Source of the DNA: Eledone cirrhosa
Taxonomy: Eukaryota
Direction of reading: 5' to 3'
DNA length: 64,000 nucleotides
NCBI GenBank assembly: GCA_964016885.1
Contig: CAXHJY010000096.1
Coordinates: 124,001-188,000 of the forward strand
Shown: piece after piece, positions 39,601 to 52,300 of the stretch
Position numbering within the stretch: the stretch's first letter is position 1
How the letters are laid out: the number at the start of each line of letters is the position of its first letter
Program-made: the position numbers and the translations under genes
The notes under the pieces: model-generated
What the model was told of the DNA's origin: nothing
The model's database searches: none
Seen by the model: only the letters and a program-made list of their open reading frames with translations

Positions 39601-40639
39601 GAGATAATTTGTAAAAAAAAATCAGGGGGAGATAATTTGTAAAAAAAATCAAGGGGAGATAATTTCCAGCCGTCCAAGGGGAGGTAATATCTAGCCGTCC
39701 AAGGGGAGATAATTTCCAGCCGTCCAAGGGGAGATAATTTTTTTAAAAAAATCAGGCGGAGATAATTTGTAAAAAAAATCAGGGGGAGATAATTTGTAAA
39801 CAAAATTAGGGGGAGATAATTTGTAAAAAAAAATCGGGGGAAGATAATTTGTAAAAAAAATTAGGCGTAGATAATTTGTAAAAAAAAATCAGGGGAGATA
39901 ATTTGTAAAAAAAAATCAGGGGGAGATAATTTGTTTAAAAAATCAAGGGGAGATAATTTGCAGCCGTCCAAGGGGAGATAATTTTCAGCCGTCCAAGGAG
40001 AGGTAATTTCTAGCCGTTCAAGAGGAGATAATTTCCAGCCGTCCAAGGGGAGATAATTTCCAGCCGTCCAAGGGGAGATAATTTTTTTTAAATAATCAGG
40101 CGGAGATAATTTGTAAAAAAAAATCAGGGGGAGACAATTCGTAAAAAAAAATCAGGGGGAGATAATTTGTAAAAAAAATCAAGGAGAGATAATTTCCAGC
40201 CGTCCAAGGGGAGATAATATTTAAAAAAATTAGGCGGAGATAATTTGTAAAAAAAATCAGGGGGAGATAATTTGTAAAAAAAATCAGGGGGAGATAATTT
40301 GTAAAAAAAATCAGGGGTAGATAATTTGTAAAAAAAAATCAGGGGGAGATAATTTGTAAAAAAAAATCAGGGGGAGATAATTTGTAAAAAAAATCAAGGG
40401 GAGATAATTTCCAGCCGTCCAAGGAGAGATAATTTTAAAAAAAATCAGGCGGAGATAATTTGTAAAAAAAAATCAGGGGGAGATAATTTGTAAAAAAAAA
40501 TCAGGGGGAGATAATTTGTAAAAAAAATCAAGGGGAGATAATTTCCAGCCGTCCAAGGGGAGATAATTTTCAGCCGTCCAAGGGGAGATAATTTCCCGCC
40601 AGCCAAGGGAAGATAATATTTAAAAAAATCAGGCGGAGA

Positions 40640-43250
40640 TAATTTATAAAAAAAATCAGGGGGAGATAATTTGTAAAAAAATCAGGGGGAGATAATTTGT
40701 AAAAAAAAAATCAGGGGGAGATAATTTGTAAAAAAAATCAGAGGGAGATAATTTGTAAAAAAAAATCAGGGGTAGATAATTTGTAAAAAAAAATCAGGGG
40801 GAGATAATTTGTAAAAAAAAATCAGGGGGAGATAATTTGTAAAAAATAATCAGGGGGAGATAATTTGTAAAAAAAATCAAGGGGAGATAATTTCCAGCCG
40901 TCCAAGGGGAGATAATTTTCAGCCGTCCAAGGGGAGATAATTTCCCGCCAGCCAAGGGAAGATAATATTTAAAAAAATTAGGCGGAGATAATTTGTAAAA
41001 AAAATCAGGGGGAGATAATTTGTAAAAAAATCAGGGGGAGATAATTTGTAAAAAAAATCAGGGGGAGATAATTTGTAAAAAAAATCAGGGGGGAGATAAT
41101 TTGTAAAAAAAAATCAGGGGTAGATAATTTGTAAAAAAAAATCAGGGGGAGATAATTTGTAAAAAAAATCAAGGGGAGATAATTTCCAGCCGTCGAAGGG
41201 AAGATAATTTCCAGCCCTCCAAGGGGCTATAATTTCCAGCGTCCAAGGGGAGATAATTTCCAGCCAGCGAAGGGGAGATAATTTTTTTTAAAAAATCATT
41301 GGGAGATTTGTAAAAAAATCAGGGGGAGATAATTTGTAAAAAAAATCAAGGAGAGATAATTTCCAGCCGTCCAAGGGGAGGTAATATCTAGCCGTCCAAG
41401 GGGAGATAATTTCCAGCCGTCCAAGGGGAGATAATTTCCAGCCGTCCAAGGGTAGATAATATCCAGCCGTCCAAGGACATATTTTCCAGCCGTCCAAGGA
41501 AAGGTAATTTCTAGCCGTCCAAGGGGAGATAAATTCCAGCCTCCAAGGGGAGATAATTTCCAGCCAGCCAAGGGGAGATAATTTGTAAAAAAATCAGGGG
41601 GAGATAATTTGTAAAAAAAAATCAGGGGGAGATAATTTGTAAAAAAAAATCAGGGGGAGATAATTTGTAAAAAAAAATCAGGGGGAGATAATTTGTAAAA
41701 AAAATCAGGGGGAGATAATTTGTAAAAAAAATCAGGGGTAGATAATTTGTAAAAAAAAATCAGGGGGAGATAATTTGTAAAAAAAAATCAGGGGGAGATA
41801 ATTTGTAAAAAAAATCAAGGGGAGATAATTTCCAGCCGTCCAAGGAGAGATAATTTAAAAAAAAATCAGGCGGAGATAATTTGTAAAAAAAAATCAGGGG
41901 GAGATAATTTGTAAAAAAAAATCAGGGGGAGATAATTTGTAAAAAAAATCAGGCGGAGATAATTTATAAAAAAAATCAGGGGGAGATAATTTGTAAAAAA
42001 ATCAGGGGGAGATAATTTGTAAAAAAAAAATCAGGGTGAGATAATTTGTAAAAAAAATCAGAGGGAGATAATTTGTAAAAAAAAATCAGGGGTAGATAAT
42101 TTGTAAAAAAAAATCAGGGGGAGATAATTTGTAAAAAAAAATCAGGGGGAGATAATTTGTAAAAAATAATCAGGGGGAGATAATTTGTAAAAAAAATCAA
42201 GGGGAGATAATTTCCAGCCGTCCAAGGGGAGATAATTTTCAGCCGTCCAAGGGGAGATAATTTCCCGCCAGCCAAGGGAAGATAATATTTAAAAAAATTA
42301 GGCGGAGATAATTTGTAAAAAAAATCAGGGGGAGATAATTTGTAAAAAAATCAGGGGGAGATAATTTGTAAAAAAAATCAGGGGGAGATAATTTGTAAAA
42401 AAAATCAGGGGGGAGATAATTTGTAAAAAAAAATCAGGGGTAGATAATTTGTAAAAAAAAATCAGGGGGAGATAATTTGTAAAAAAAATCAAGGGGAGAT
42501 AATTTCCAGCCGTCGAAGGGAAGATAATTTCCAGCCCTCCAAGGGGCTATAATTTCCAGCGTCCAAGGGGAGATAATTTCCAGCCAGCGAAGGGGAGATA
42601 ATTTTTTTTAAAAAATCATTGGGAGATTTGTAAAAAAATCAGGGGGAGATAATTTGTAAAAAAAATCAAGGAGAGATAATTTCCAGCCGTCCAAGGGGAG
42701 GTAATATCTAGCCGTCCAAGGGGAGATAATTTCCAGCCGTCCAAGGGGAGATAATTTCCAGCCGTCCAAGGGTAGATAATATCCAGCCGTCCAAGGACAT
42801 ATTTTCCAGCCGTCCAAGGAGAGGTAATTTCTAGCCGTCCAAGGGGAGATAAATTCCAGCCTCCAAGGGGAGATAATTTCCAGCCAGCCAAGGGGAGATA
42901 ATTTGTAAAAAAATCAGGGGGAGATAATTTGTAAAAAAAAATCAGGGGGAGATAATTTGTAAAAAAAAATCAGCGGGAGATAATTTGTAAAAAAAAATCA
43001 GGGGGAGATAATTTGTAAAAAAAATCAAGGGGAGATAATTTGTAAAAAAAATCAGGGGTAGATAATTTGTAAAAAAAAATCAGGGGGAGATAATTTGTAA
43101 AAAAAAATCAGGGGGAGATAATTTGTAAAAAAAATCAAGGGGAGATAATTTCCAGCCGTCCAAGGAGAGATAATTTAAAAAAAAATCAGGCGGAGATAAT
43201 TTGTAAAAAAAAATCAGGGGGAGATAATTTGTAAAAAAAAATCAGGGGGA
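40640..43250 (+). repeat. About 1,320-bp tandem sub-repeat, copy set 2
   Basis: ORFs 41288/42608. The lines beginning at 41161 and 42481 read identically. Confidence 0.85.
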
Positions 43251-43399
43251 GATAATTTGTAAAAAAAATCAAGGGGAGATAATTTCCAGCCGTCCAAGGG
43301 GAGATAATTTTCAGCCGTCCAAGGGGAGATAATTTCCCGCCAGCCAAGGGAAGATAATATTTAAAAAAATCAGGCGGAGATAATTTATAAAAAAAATCA

Positions 43400-46300
43400 G
43401 GGGGAGATAATTTGTAAAAAAATCAGGGGGAGATAATTTGTAAAAAAAAAATCAGGGGGAGATAATTTGTAAAAAAAATCAGGGGGAGATAATTTGTAAA
43501 AAAAAATCAGGGGTAGATAATTTGTAAAAAAAAATCAGGGGGAGATAATTTGTAAAAAAAATCAGGGGGAGATAATTTGTAAAAAAAAATCAGGGGTAGA
43601 TAATTTGTAAAAAAAAATCAGGGGGAGATAATTTGTAAAAAAAATCAAGGGGAGATAATTTCCAGCCGTCCAAGGGAAGATAATTTCCAGCCCTCCAAGG
43701 GGCTATAATTTCCAGCGTCCAAGGGGAGATAATTTCCAGCCAGCGAAGGGGAGATAATTTTTTTTAAAATATCATTGGGAGATTTGTAAAAAAAATCAGG
43801 GGGAGATAATTTGTAAAAAAAATCAAGGGGAGATAATTTCCAGCCGTCCAAGGGGAGGTAATATCTAGCCGTCCAAGGGGAGATAATTTCCAGCCGTCCA
43901 AGGGGAGATAATTTCCAGCCGTCCAAGGGTAGATAATATCCAGCCGTCCAAGGACATATTTTCCAGCCGTCCAAGGAGAGGTAATTTCTAGCCGTCCAAG
44001 GGGAGATAAATTCCAGCCTCCAAGGTGAGATAATTTCCAGCCAGCCAAGGGGAGATAATTTGTAAAAAAATCAGGGGGAGATAATTTGTAAAAAAAATCA
44101 GGGGGAGATAATTTGTAAAAAAAAATCAGGGGGAGATAATTTGTAAAAAAAAATCAGGGGGAGATAATTTGTAAAAAAAATCAAGGGGAGATAATTTCCA
44201 GCCGTCCAAGGGGAGATAATTTTCAGCCGTCCAAGGGGAGATAATTTCCCGCCAGCCAAGGGAAGATAATATTTAAAAAAATCAGGCGGAGATAATTTGT
44301 AAAAAAAATCAGGGGGAGATAATTTGTAAAAAATTCAGGGGGAGATAATTTGTAAAAAAAAAATCAGGGGGAGATAATTTGTAAAAAAAATCAGGGGGAG
44401 ATAATTTGTAAAAAAAAATCAGGGGTAGATAATTTGTAAAAAAAATCAGGGGGAGATAATTTGTAAAAAAAATGAAAGGGGAGATAATATCCAGCCGTCC
44501 AAGGGGAGATAATTTCCAGCCGTCCAAGGGGAGATAATTTCCAGCCGTCCAAGGGGAGATAATTTCCATCCTTCCAAGGGGATATAATTTCCAGCCGTCC
44601 AAGGGGAGATAATTTCCCGCCAGCCAAGGGAAGATAATTTTTTAAAAAATCAGGCGGAGATTGTAAAAAAAATCAGGGGGGAGATAATTTGTAAAAAAAT
44701 CAGGGGGAGATAATTTGTAAAAAAAAATCAGGGGGAGATAATTTGTAAAAAATAATCAGGGGGAGATAATTTGTAAAAAAAAATCAAGGGGAGATAATTT
44801 CCAGCCGTCCAAGGGGAGATAATTTCCATCCTTCCAAGGGGATATAATTTCCAGCCGTCCAAGGGGAGATAATTTCCCGCCAGCCAAGGGAAGATGATTT
44901 TTAAAAAAATCAGGCGGAGATTGTAAAAAAAATCAGGGGGGGAGATAATTTGTAAAAAAATCAGGGGGAGATAATTTGTAAAAAAAAAATCAGGGGGAGA
45001 TAATTTGTAAAAAAAAATCAGGGGGAGATAATTTGTAAAAAAAAATCAGGGGGAGATAATTTGTAAAAAAAATTAGGCGTAGATAATTTGTAAAAAAAAA
45101 TCAGGGGGAGATAATTTGTAAAAAAAAATCAGGGGGAGATAATTTGTTTAAAAAATCAAGGGGAGATAATTTGCAGCCGTCCAAGGGGAGATAATTTTCA
45201 GCCGTCCAAGGAGAGGTAATTTCTAGCCGTTCAAGGGGAGATAATTTCCAGCCGTCCAAGGGGAAATAATTTCCAGCCGTCCAAGGGGAGATAATTTTTT
45301 TTTAAAAATCAGGCGGAGATAATTTGTAAAAAAAATCAGGGGGAGATAATTCGTAAAAAAAATCAGGGGGAGATAATTTGTAAAAAAAAATCAGGGGGAG
45401 ATAATTTGTAAAAAAAATCAAGGGGAGATAATTTCCAGCCGTCCAAGGGGAGGTAATATCTAGCCGTCCAAGGGGAGATAATTTCCAGCCGTCCAAGGGG
45501 AGATAATTTTTTTTAAAAAATCAGGCGGAGATAATTTGTAAAAAAAATCAGGGGGAGATAATTTGTAAACAAAATCAGGGGGAGATAATTTGTAAAAAAA
45601 AATCAGGGGGAGATAATTTGTAAAAAAAATTAGGCGTAGATAATTTGTAAAAAAAAATCAGGGGGAGATAATTTGTAAAAAAAAATCAGAGGGAGATAAT
45701 TTGTTTAAAAAATCAAGGGGAGATAATTTGCAGCCGTCCAAGGGGAGATAATTTTCAGCCGTCCAAGGAGAGGTAATTTCTAGCCGTTCAAGGGGAGATA
45801 ATTTCCAGCCGTCCAAGGGGAGATAATTTCCAGCCGTCCAAGGGGAGATAATTTTTTTTAAAAAATCAGGCGGAGATAATTTGTAAAAAAAAATCAGGGG
45901 GAGATAATTCGTAAAAAAAAATCAGGGGGAGATAATTTGTAAAAAAAATCAAGGAGAGATAATTTCCAGCCGTCCAAGGGGAGATAATTTCCAGCCGTCC
46001 AAGGAGACATATTTTCCAGCCGTCCAAGGCGAGGTAATTTCTAGCCGTCCAAGGGGAGATAAATTCCAGCCTCCAAGGGGAGATAATTTCCAGCCAGCCA
46101 AGTGGAGATAATTTGTAAAAAAATCAGGGGGAGATAATTTGTAAAAAATATCAGGGAGATAATTTGTAAAAAAAAATCAGGGGGAGATAATTTGTAAAAA
46201 AAATCAGGGGGAGATAATTTGTAAAAAAAAATCAGGGGGAGATAATTTGTAAAAAAAATCAAGGGGTGATAATTTCCAGCCGTCCAAGGGGAGATAATTT

Positions 46301-49300
46301 TCAGCCGTCCAAGGGGAGATAATTTCCCGCCAGCCAAGGGAAGATAATATTTAAAAAAATTAGGCGGAGATAATTTGTAAAAAAAATCAGGGGGAGATAA
46401 TTTGTAAAAAAATCAGGGGGAGATAATTTGTAAAAAAAATCAGGGGGAGATAATTTGTAAAAAAAATTATGGGGAGATAATTTGTAAAAAAAAATCAGGG
46501 GTAGATAATTTGTAAAAAAAAATCAGGGGGAGATAATTTGTAAAAAAAAATCAGGGGGAGATAATTTGTAAAAAAAATCAAGGGGAGATAATTTCCAGCC
46601 GTCCAAGGGGAGATAATTTTCAGCCGTCCAAGGAGAGGTAATTTCTAGCCGTCGAAGGGGAGATAATTTCCAGCCGTCCAAGGGGAGGTCATTTCCAGCC
46701 GTCCAAGGGGAGATAATTTTTAAAAAAAAATCAGGCGGAGATAATTTGTAAAAAAAATCAAGGGGAGATAATTTGCAGCCGTCCAAGGGGAGATAATTTT
46801 CAGTCGTCCAAGGAGAGGTAATTTCTAGCCGTCCAAGGGGAGATAATTTCCAGCCGTCCAAGGGGAGATAATTTCCAGCCGTCCAAGGGGAGATAATTTT
46901 TTTTAAAAAATCAGGCGGAGATAATTTGTAAAAAAAATCAGGGGGAGATAATTTGTAAAAAAAAATCAGGGGGAGATAATTTGTAAAAAAAATTAGGCGT
47001 AGATAATTTGTAAAAAAAAATCAGGGGGAGATAATTTGTAAAAAAAAATCAGGGGGAGATAATTTGTTTAAAAAATCAAGGGGAGATAATTTGCAGCCGT
47101 CCAAGGGGAGATAATTTTCAGCCGTCCAAGGAGACGTAATTTCTAGCCGTTCAAGGGGAGATAATTTCCAGCCGTCCAAGGGGAGATAATTTCCAGCCGT
47201 CCAAGGGGAGATAATTTTTTTTAAAAAATCAGGCGGAGATAATTTGTAAAAAAAAATCAGGGGGAGATAATTCGTAAAAAAAAATCAGGGGGAGATAATT
47301 TGTAAAAAAAAATCAGGGGGAGATAATTTGTAAAAAAAATCAAGGGGAGATAATTTCCAGCCGTCCAAGGGGAGGTAATATCTAGCCGTCCAAGGGGAGA
47401 TAATTTCCAGCCGTCCAAGGGGAGATAATTTCCAGCCGTCCAAGGGGAGATAATTTCCAGCCGTCCAAGGAGACATATTTTCCAGCCGTCCAAGGCGAGG
47501 TAATTTCTAGCCGTCCAAGGGGAGATAAATTCCAGCCTCCAAGGGGAGATAATTTCCAGCCAGCCAAGTGGAGATAATTTGTAAAAAAATCAGGGGGAGA
47601 TAATTTGTAAAAAATATGAGGGAGATAATTTGTAAAAAAAAATCAGGGGGAGATAATTTGTAAAAAAAATCAGGGGGAGATAATTTGTAAAAAAAAATCA
47701 GGGGGAGATAATTTGTAAAAAAAATCAAGGGGAGATAATTTCCAGCCATCCAAGGGGAGATAATTTTCAGCCGTCCAAGGGGAGATAATTTCCCGCCAGC
47801 CAAGGGAAGATAATATTTAAAAAAATCAGGCGGAGATAATTTGTAAAAAAAATCAGGGGGAGATAATTTGTAAAAAAATCAGGGGGAGATAATTTGTAAA
47901 AAAAAAATCAGGGGGAGATAATTTGTAAAAAAAATCAGGGGGAGATAATTTGTAAAAAAAAATCAGGGGTAGATAATTTGTAAAAAAAAATCAGGGGGAG
48001 ATAATTTGTAAAAAAAAATCAGGGGGAGATAATTTGTAAAAAAAATGAAAGGGGAGATAATATCCAGCCGTCCAAGGGGAGATAATTTCCAGCCGTCCAA
48101 GGGGAGATAATTTCCAGCCGTCCAAGGGGAGATAATTTCCATCCTTCCAAGGGGATATAATTTCCAGCCGTCCAAGGGGAGATAATTTCCCGCCAGCCAA
48201 GGGAAGATAATTTTTAAAAAAATCAGGCGGAGATTGTAAAAAAAATCAGGGGGGAGATAATTTGTAAAAAAATCAGGGGGAGATAATTTGTTAAAAATAA
48301 TCAGGGGGAGATAATTTGTAAAAAAATTCAAGGGGAGATAATTTCCAGCCGTCCAAGGGGAGATAATTTCCCGCCAGCCAAGGGAAGATAATATTTAAAA
48401 AAATTAGGCGGAGATAATTTGTAAAAAAAATCAGGGGGAGATAATTTGTAAAAAAATCAGGGGGAGATAATTTGTAAAAAAAATCAGGGGGAGATAATTT
48501 GTAAAAAAAATCAAGGGGAGATAATTTCCAGCCGTCCAAGGGGAGATAATTTTCAGCCGTCCAAGGGGAGATAATTTCCCGCCAGCCAAGGGAAGATAAT
48601 ATTTAAAAAAATCAGGCGGAGATAATTTGTAAAAAAAATCAGGGGGAGATAATTTGTAAAAAATTCAGGGGGAGATAATTTGTAAAAAAAAAATCAGAGG
48701 GAGATAATTTGTAAAAAAAATCAGGGGGAGATAATTTGTAAAAAAAATCAGGGGGAGATAATTTGTAAAAAAAATGAAAGGGGAGATAATATCCAGCCGT
48801 CCAAGGGGAGATAATTTCCAGCCGTCCAAGGGGAGATAATTTCCAGCCGTCCAAGGGGAGATAATTTCCATCCTTCCAAGGGGATATAATTTCCAGCCGT
48901 CCAAGGGGAGATAATTTCGAGCCAAGGGGAGATAATTTCCAGCCGTCCAAGGGGAGATAATTTTTTAAAAAATCAGGTGGAGATAATTTGTAAAAAAAAT
49001 CAGGGGGAGATAATTTGTAAAAACAAAATCAAGGGCAGATAATTTCCAGCTGTCCAAGGGGAGATAATTTCCAGCCGTCCAAGGGGAGATAATTTCCAGC
49101 CGTCCAAGGGGAGATAATTTCCATCCTTCCAAGGGGATATAATTTCCAGCCGTCCAAGGGGAGATAATTTCCCGCCAGCCAAGGGAAGATGAATTTTAAA
49201 AAAATCAGGCGTAGATTGTAAAAAAAATCAGGGGGGGAGATAATTTGTAAAAAAATCAGGGGGAGATAATTTGTAAAAAAAAAATCAGGGGGAGATAATT

Positions 49301-52300
49301 TGTAAAAAAAAATCAGGGGGAGATAATTTGTGAAAAAAAAATCAGGGGGAGATAATTTGTAAAAAAATTAGGCGTAGATAATTTGTAAAAAAAAATCAGG
49401 GGGAGATAATTTGTAAAAAAAAATCAGGGGGAGATAATTTGTTTAAAAAATCAAGGGGAGATAATTTGCAGCCGTCCAAGGGGAGATAATTTTCAGCCGT
49501 CCAAGGAGAGGTAATTTCTAGCCGTTCAAGGGGAGATAATTTCCAGCCGTCCAAGGGGAAATAATTTCCAGCCGTCCAAGGGGAGATAATTTTTTTAAAA
49601 AAATCAGGCGGAGATAATTTGTAAAAAAAATCAGGGGGAGATAATTCGTAAAAAAAAATCAGGGGGAGATAATTTGTAAAAAAAAATCAGGGGGAGATAA
49701 TTTGTAAAAAAAATCAAGGGGAGATAATTTCCAGCCGTCCAAGGGGAGGTAATATCTAGCCGTCCAAGGGGAGATAATTTCCAGCCGTCCAAGGGGAGAT
49801 AATTTTTTTAAAAAAATCAGGCGGAGATAATTTGTAAAAAAAATCAGGGGGAGATAATTTGTAAACAAAATTAGGGGGAGATAATTTGTAAAAAAAAATC
49901 AGGGGGAGATAATTTGTAAAAAAAATTAGGCGTAGATAATTTGTAAAAAAAAATCAGGGGAGATAATTTGTAAAAAAAAATCAGGGGGAGATAATTTGTT
50001 TAAAAAATCAAGGGGAGATAATTTGCAGCCGTCCAAGGGGAGATAATTTTCAGCCGTCCAAGGAGAGGTAATTTCTAGCCGTTCAAGAGGAGATAATTTC
50101 CAGCCGTCCAAGGGGAGATAATTTCCAGCCGTCCAAGGGAAGATAATTTCCAGCCCTCCAAGGGGCTATAATTTCCAGCGTCCAAGGGGAGATAATTTCC
50201 AGCCAGCGAAGGGGAGATAATTTTTTTTAAAATATCATTGGGAGATTTGTAAAAAAAATCAGGGGGAGATAATTTGTAAAAAAAATCAAGGGGAGATAAT
50301 TTCCAGCCGTCCAAGGGGAGGTAATATCTAGCCGTCCAAGGGGAGATAATTTCCAGCCGTCCAAGGGGAGATAATTTCCAGCCGTCCAAGGGTAGATAAT
50401 ATCCAGCCGTCCAAGGACATATTTTCCAGCCGTCCAAGGAGAGGTAATTTCTAGCCGTCCAAGGGGAGATAAATTCCAGCCTCCAAGGGGAGATAATTTC
50501 CAGCCAGCCAAGGGGAGATAATTTGTAAAAAAATCAGGGGGAGATAATTTGTAAAAAAAATCAGGGGGAGATAATTTGTAAAAAAAAATCAGGGGGAGAT
50601 AATTTGTAAAAAAAAATCAGGGGGAGATAATTTGTAAAAAAAAATCAGGGGGAGATAATTTGTAAAAAAAATCAAGGGGAGATAATTTCCAGCCGTCCAA
50701 GGGGAGATAATTTTCAGCCGTCCAAGGGGAGATAATTTCCCGCCAGCCAAGGGAAGATAATATCTAAAAAAATCAGGCGGAGATAATTTGTAAAAAAAAT
50801 CAGGGGGAGATAATTTGTAAAAAATTCAGGGGGAGATAATTTGTAAAAAAAAAATCAGGGGGAGATAATTTGTAAAAAAAATCAGGGGGAGATAATTTGT
50901 AAAAAAAAATCAGGGGTAGATAATTTGTAAAAAAAATCAGGGGAGATAATTTGTAAAAAAAATGAAAGGGGAGATAATATCCAGCCGTCCAAGGGGAGAT
51001 AATTTCCAGCCGTCCAAGGGGAGATAATTTCCAGCCGTCCAAGGGGAGATAATTTCCATCCTTCCAAGGGGATATAATTTCCAGCCGTCCAAGGGGAGAT
51101 AATTTCCCGCCAGCCAAGGGAAGATAATTTTTTAAAAAATCAGGCGGAGATTGTAAAAAAAATCAGGGGGGAGATAATTTGTAAAAAAATCAGGGGGAGA
51201 TAATTTGTAAAAAAAAATCAGGGGGAGATAATTTGTAAAAAATAATCAGGGGGAGATAATTTGTAAAAAAAAATCAAGGGGAGATAATTTCCAGCCGTCC
51301 AAGGGGAGATAATTTCCATCCTTCCAAGGGGATATAATTTCCAGCCGTCCAAGGGGAGATAATTTCCCGCCAGCCAAGTGAAGATGATTTTTAAAAAAAT
51401 CAGGCGGAGATTGTAAAAAAAATCAGGGGGGGAGATAATTTGTAAAAAAATCAGGGGGAGATAATTTGTAAAAAAAAAATCAGGGGGAGATAATTTGTAA
51501 AAAAAAATCAGGGGGAGATAATTTGTAAAAAAAAATCAGGGGGAGATAATTTGTAAAAAAAATTAGGCGTAGATAATTTGTAAAAAAAAATCAGGGGGAG
51601 ATAATTTGTAAAAAAAAATCAGGGGGAGATAATTTGTTTAAAAAATCAAGGGGAGATAATTTGCAGCCGTCCAAGGGGAGATAATTTTCAGCCGTCCAAG
51701 GAGAGGTAATTTCTAGCCGTTCAAGGGGAGATAATTTCCAGCCGTCCAAGGGGAAATAATTTCCAGCCGTCCAAGGGGAGATAATTTTTTTTAAAAAATC
51801 AGGCGGAGATAATTTGTAAAAAAAATCAGGGGGAGATAATTCGTAAAAAAAAATCAGGGGGAGATAATTTGTAAAAAAAAATCAGGGGGAGATAATTTGT
51901 AAAAAAAATCAAGGGGAGATAATTTCCAGCCGTCCAAGGGGAGGTAATATCTAGCCGTCCAAGGGGAGATAATTTCCAGCCGTCCAAGGGGAGATAATTT
52001 TTTTTAAAAAATCAGGCGGAGATAATTTGTAAAAAAAATCAGGGGGAGATAATTTGTAAACAAAATCAGGGGGAGATAATTTGTAAAAAAAAATCAGGGG
52101 GAGATAATTTGTAAAAAAAATTAGGCGTAGATAATTTGTAAAAAAAAATCAGGGGGAGATAATTTGTAAAAAAAAATCAGAGGGAGATAATTTGTTTAAA
52201 AAATCAAGGGGAGATAATTTGCAGCCGTCCAAGGGGAGATAATTTTCAGCCGTCCAAGGAGAGGTAATTTCTAGCCGTTCAAGGGGAGATAATTTCCAGC

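Larger units (their letters stand above)
25660..44600 (+). repeat. Two tandem copies of a 9.5-10.2 kb HOR (offset 10,235, stepping down to 9,538 bp)
   Basis: ORF pairs 26113/36348, 26719/36954 (both carry the private GCAGACGTCC variant), 27232/37467, 28363/38599, 29383/39594, 31750/41288 and 33069/42608. Confidence 0.85.
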
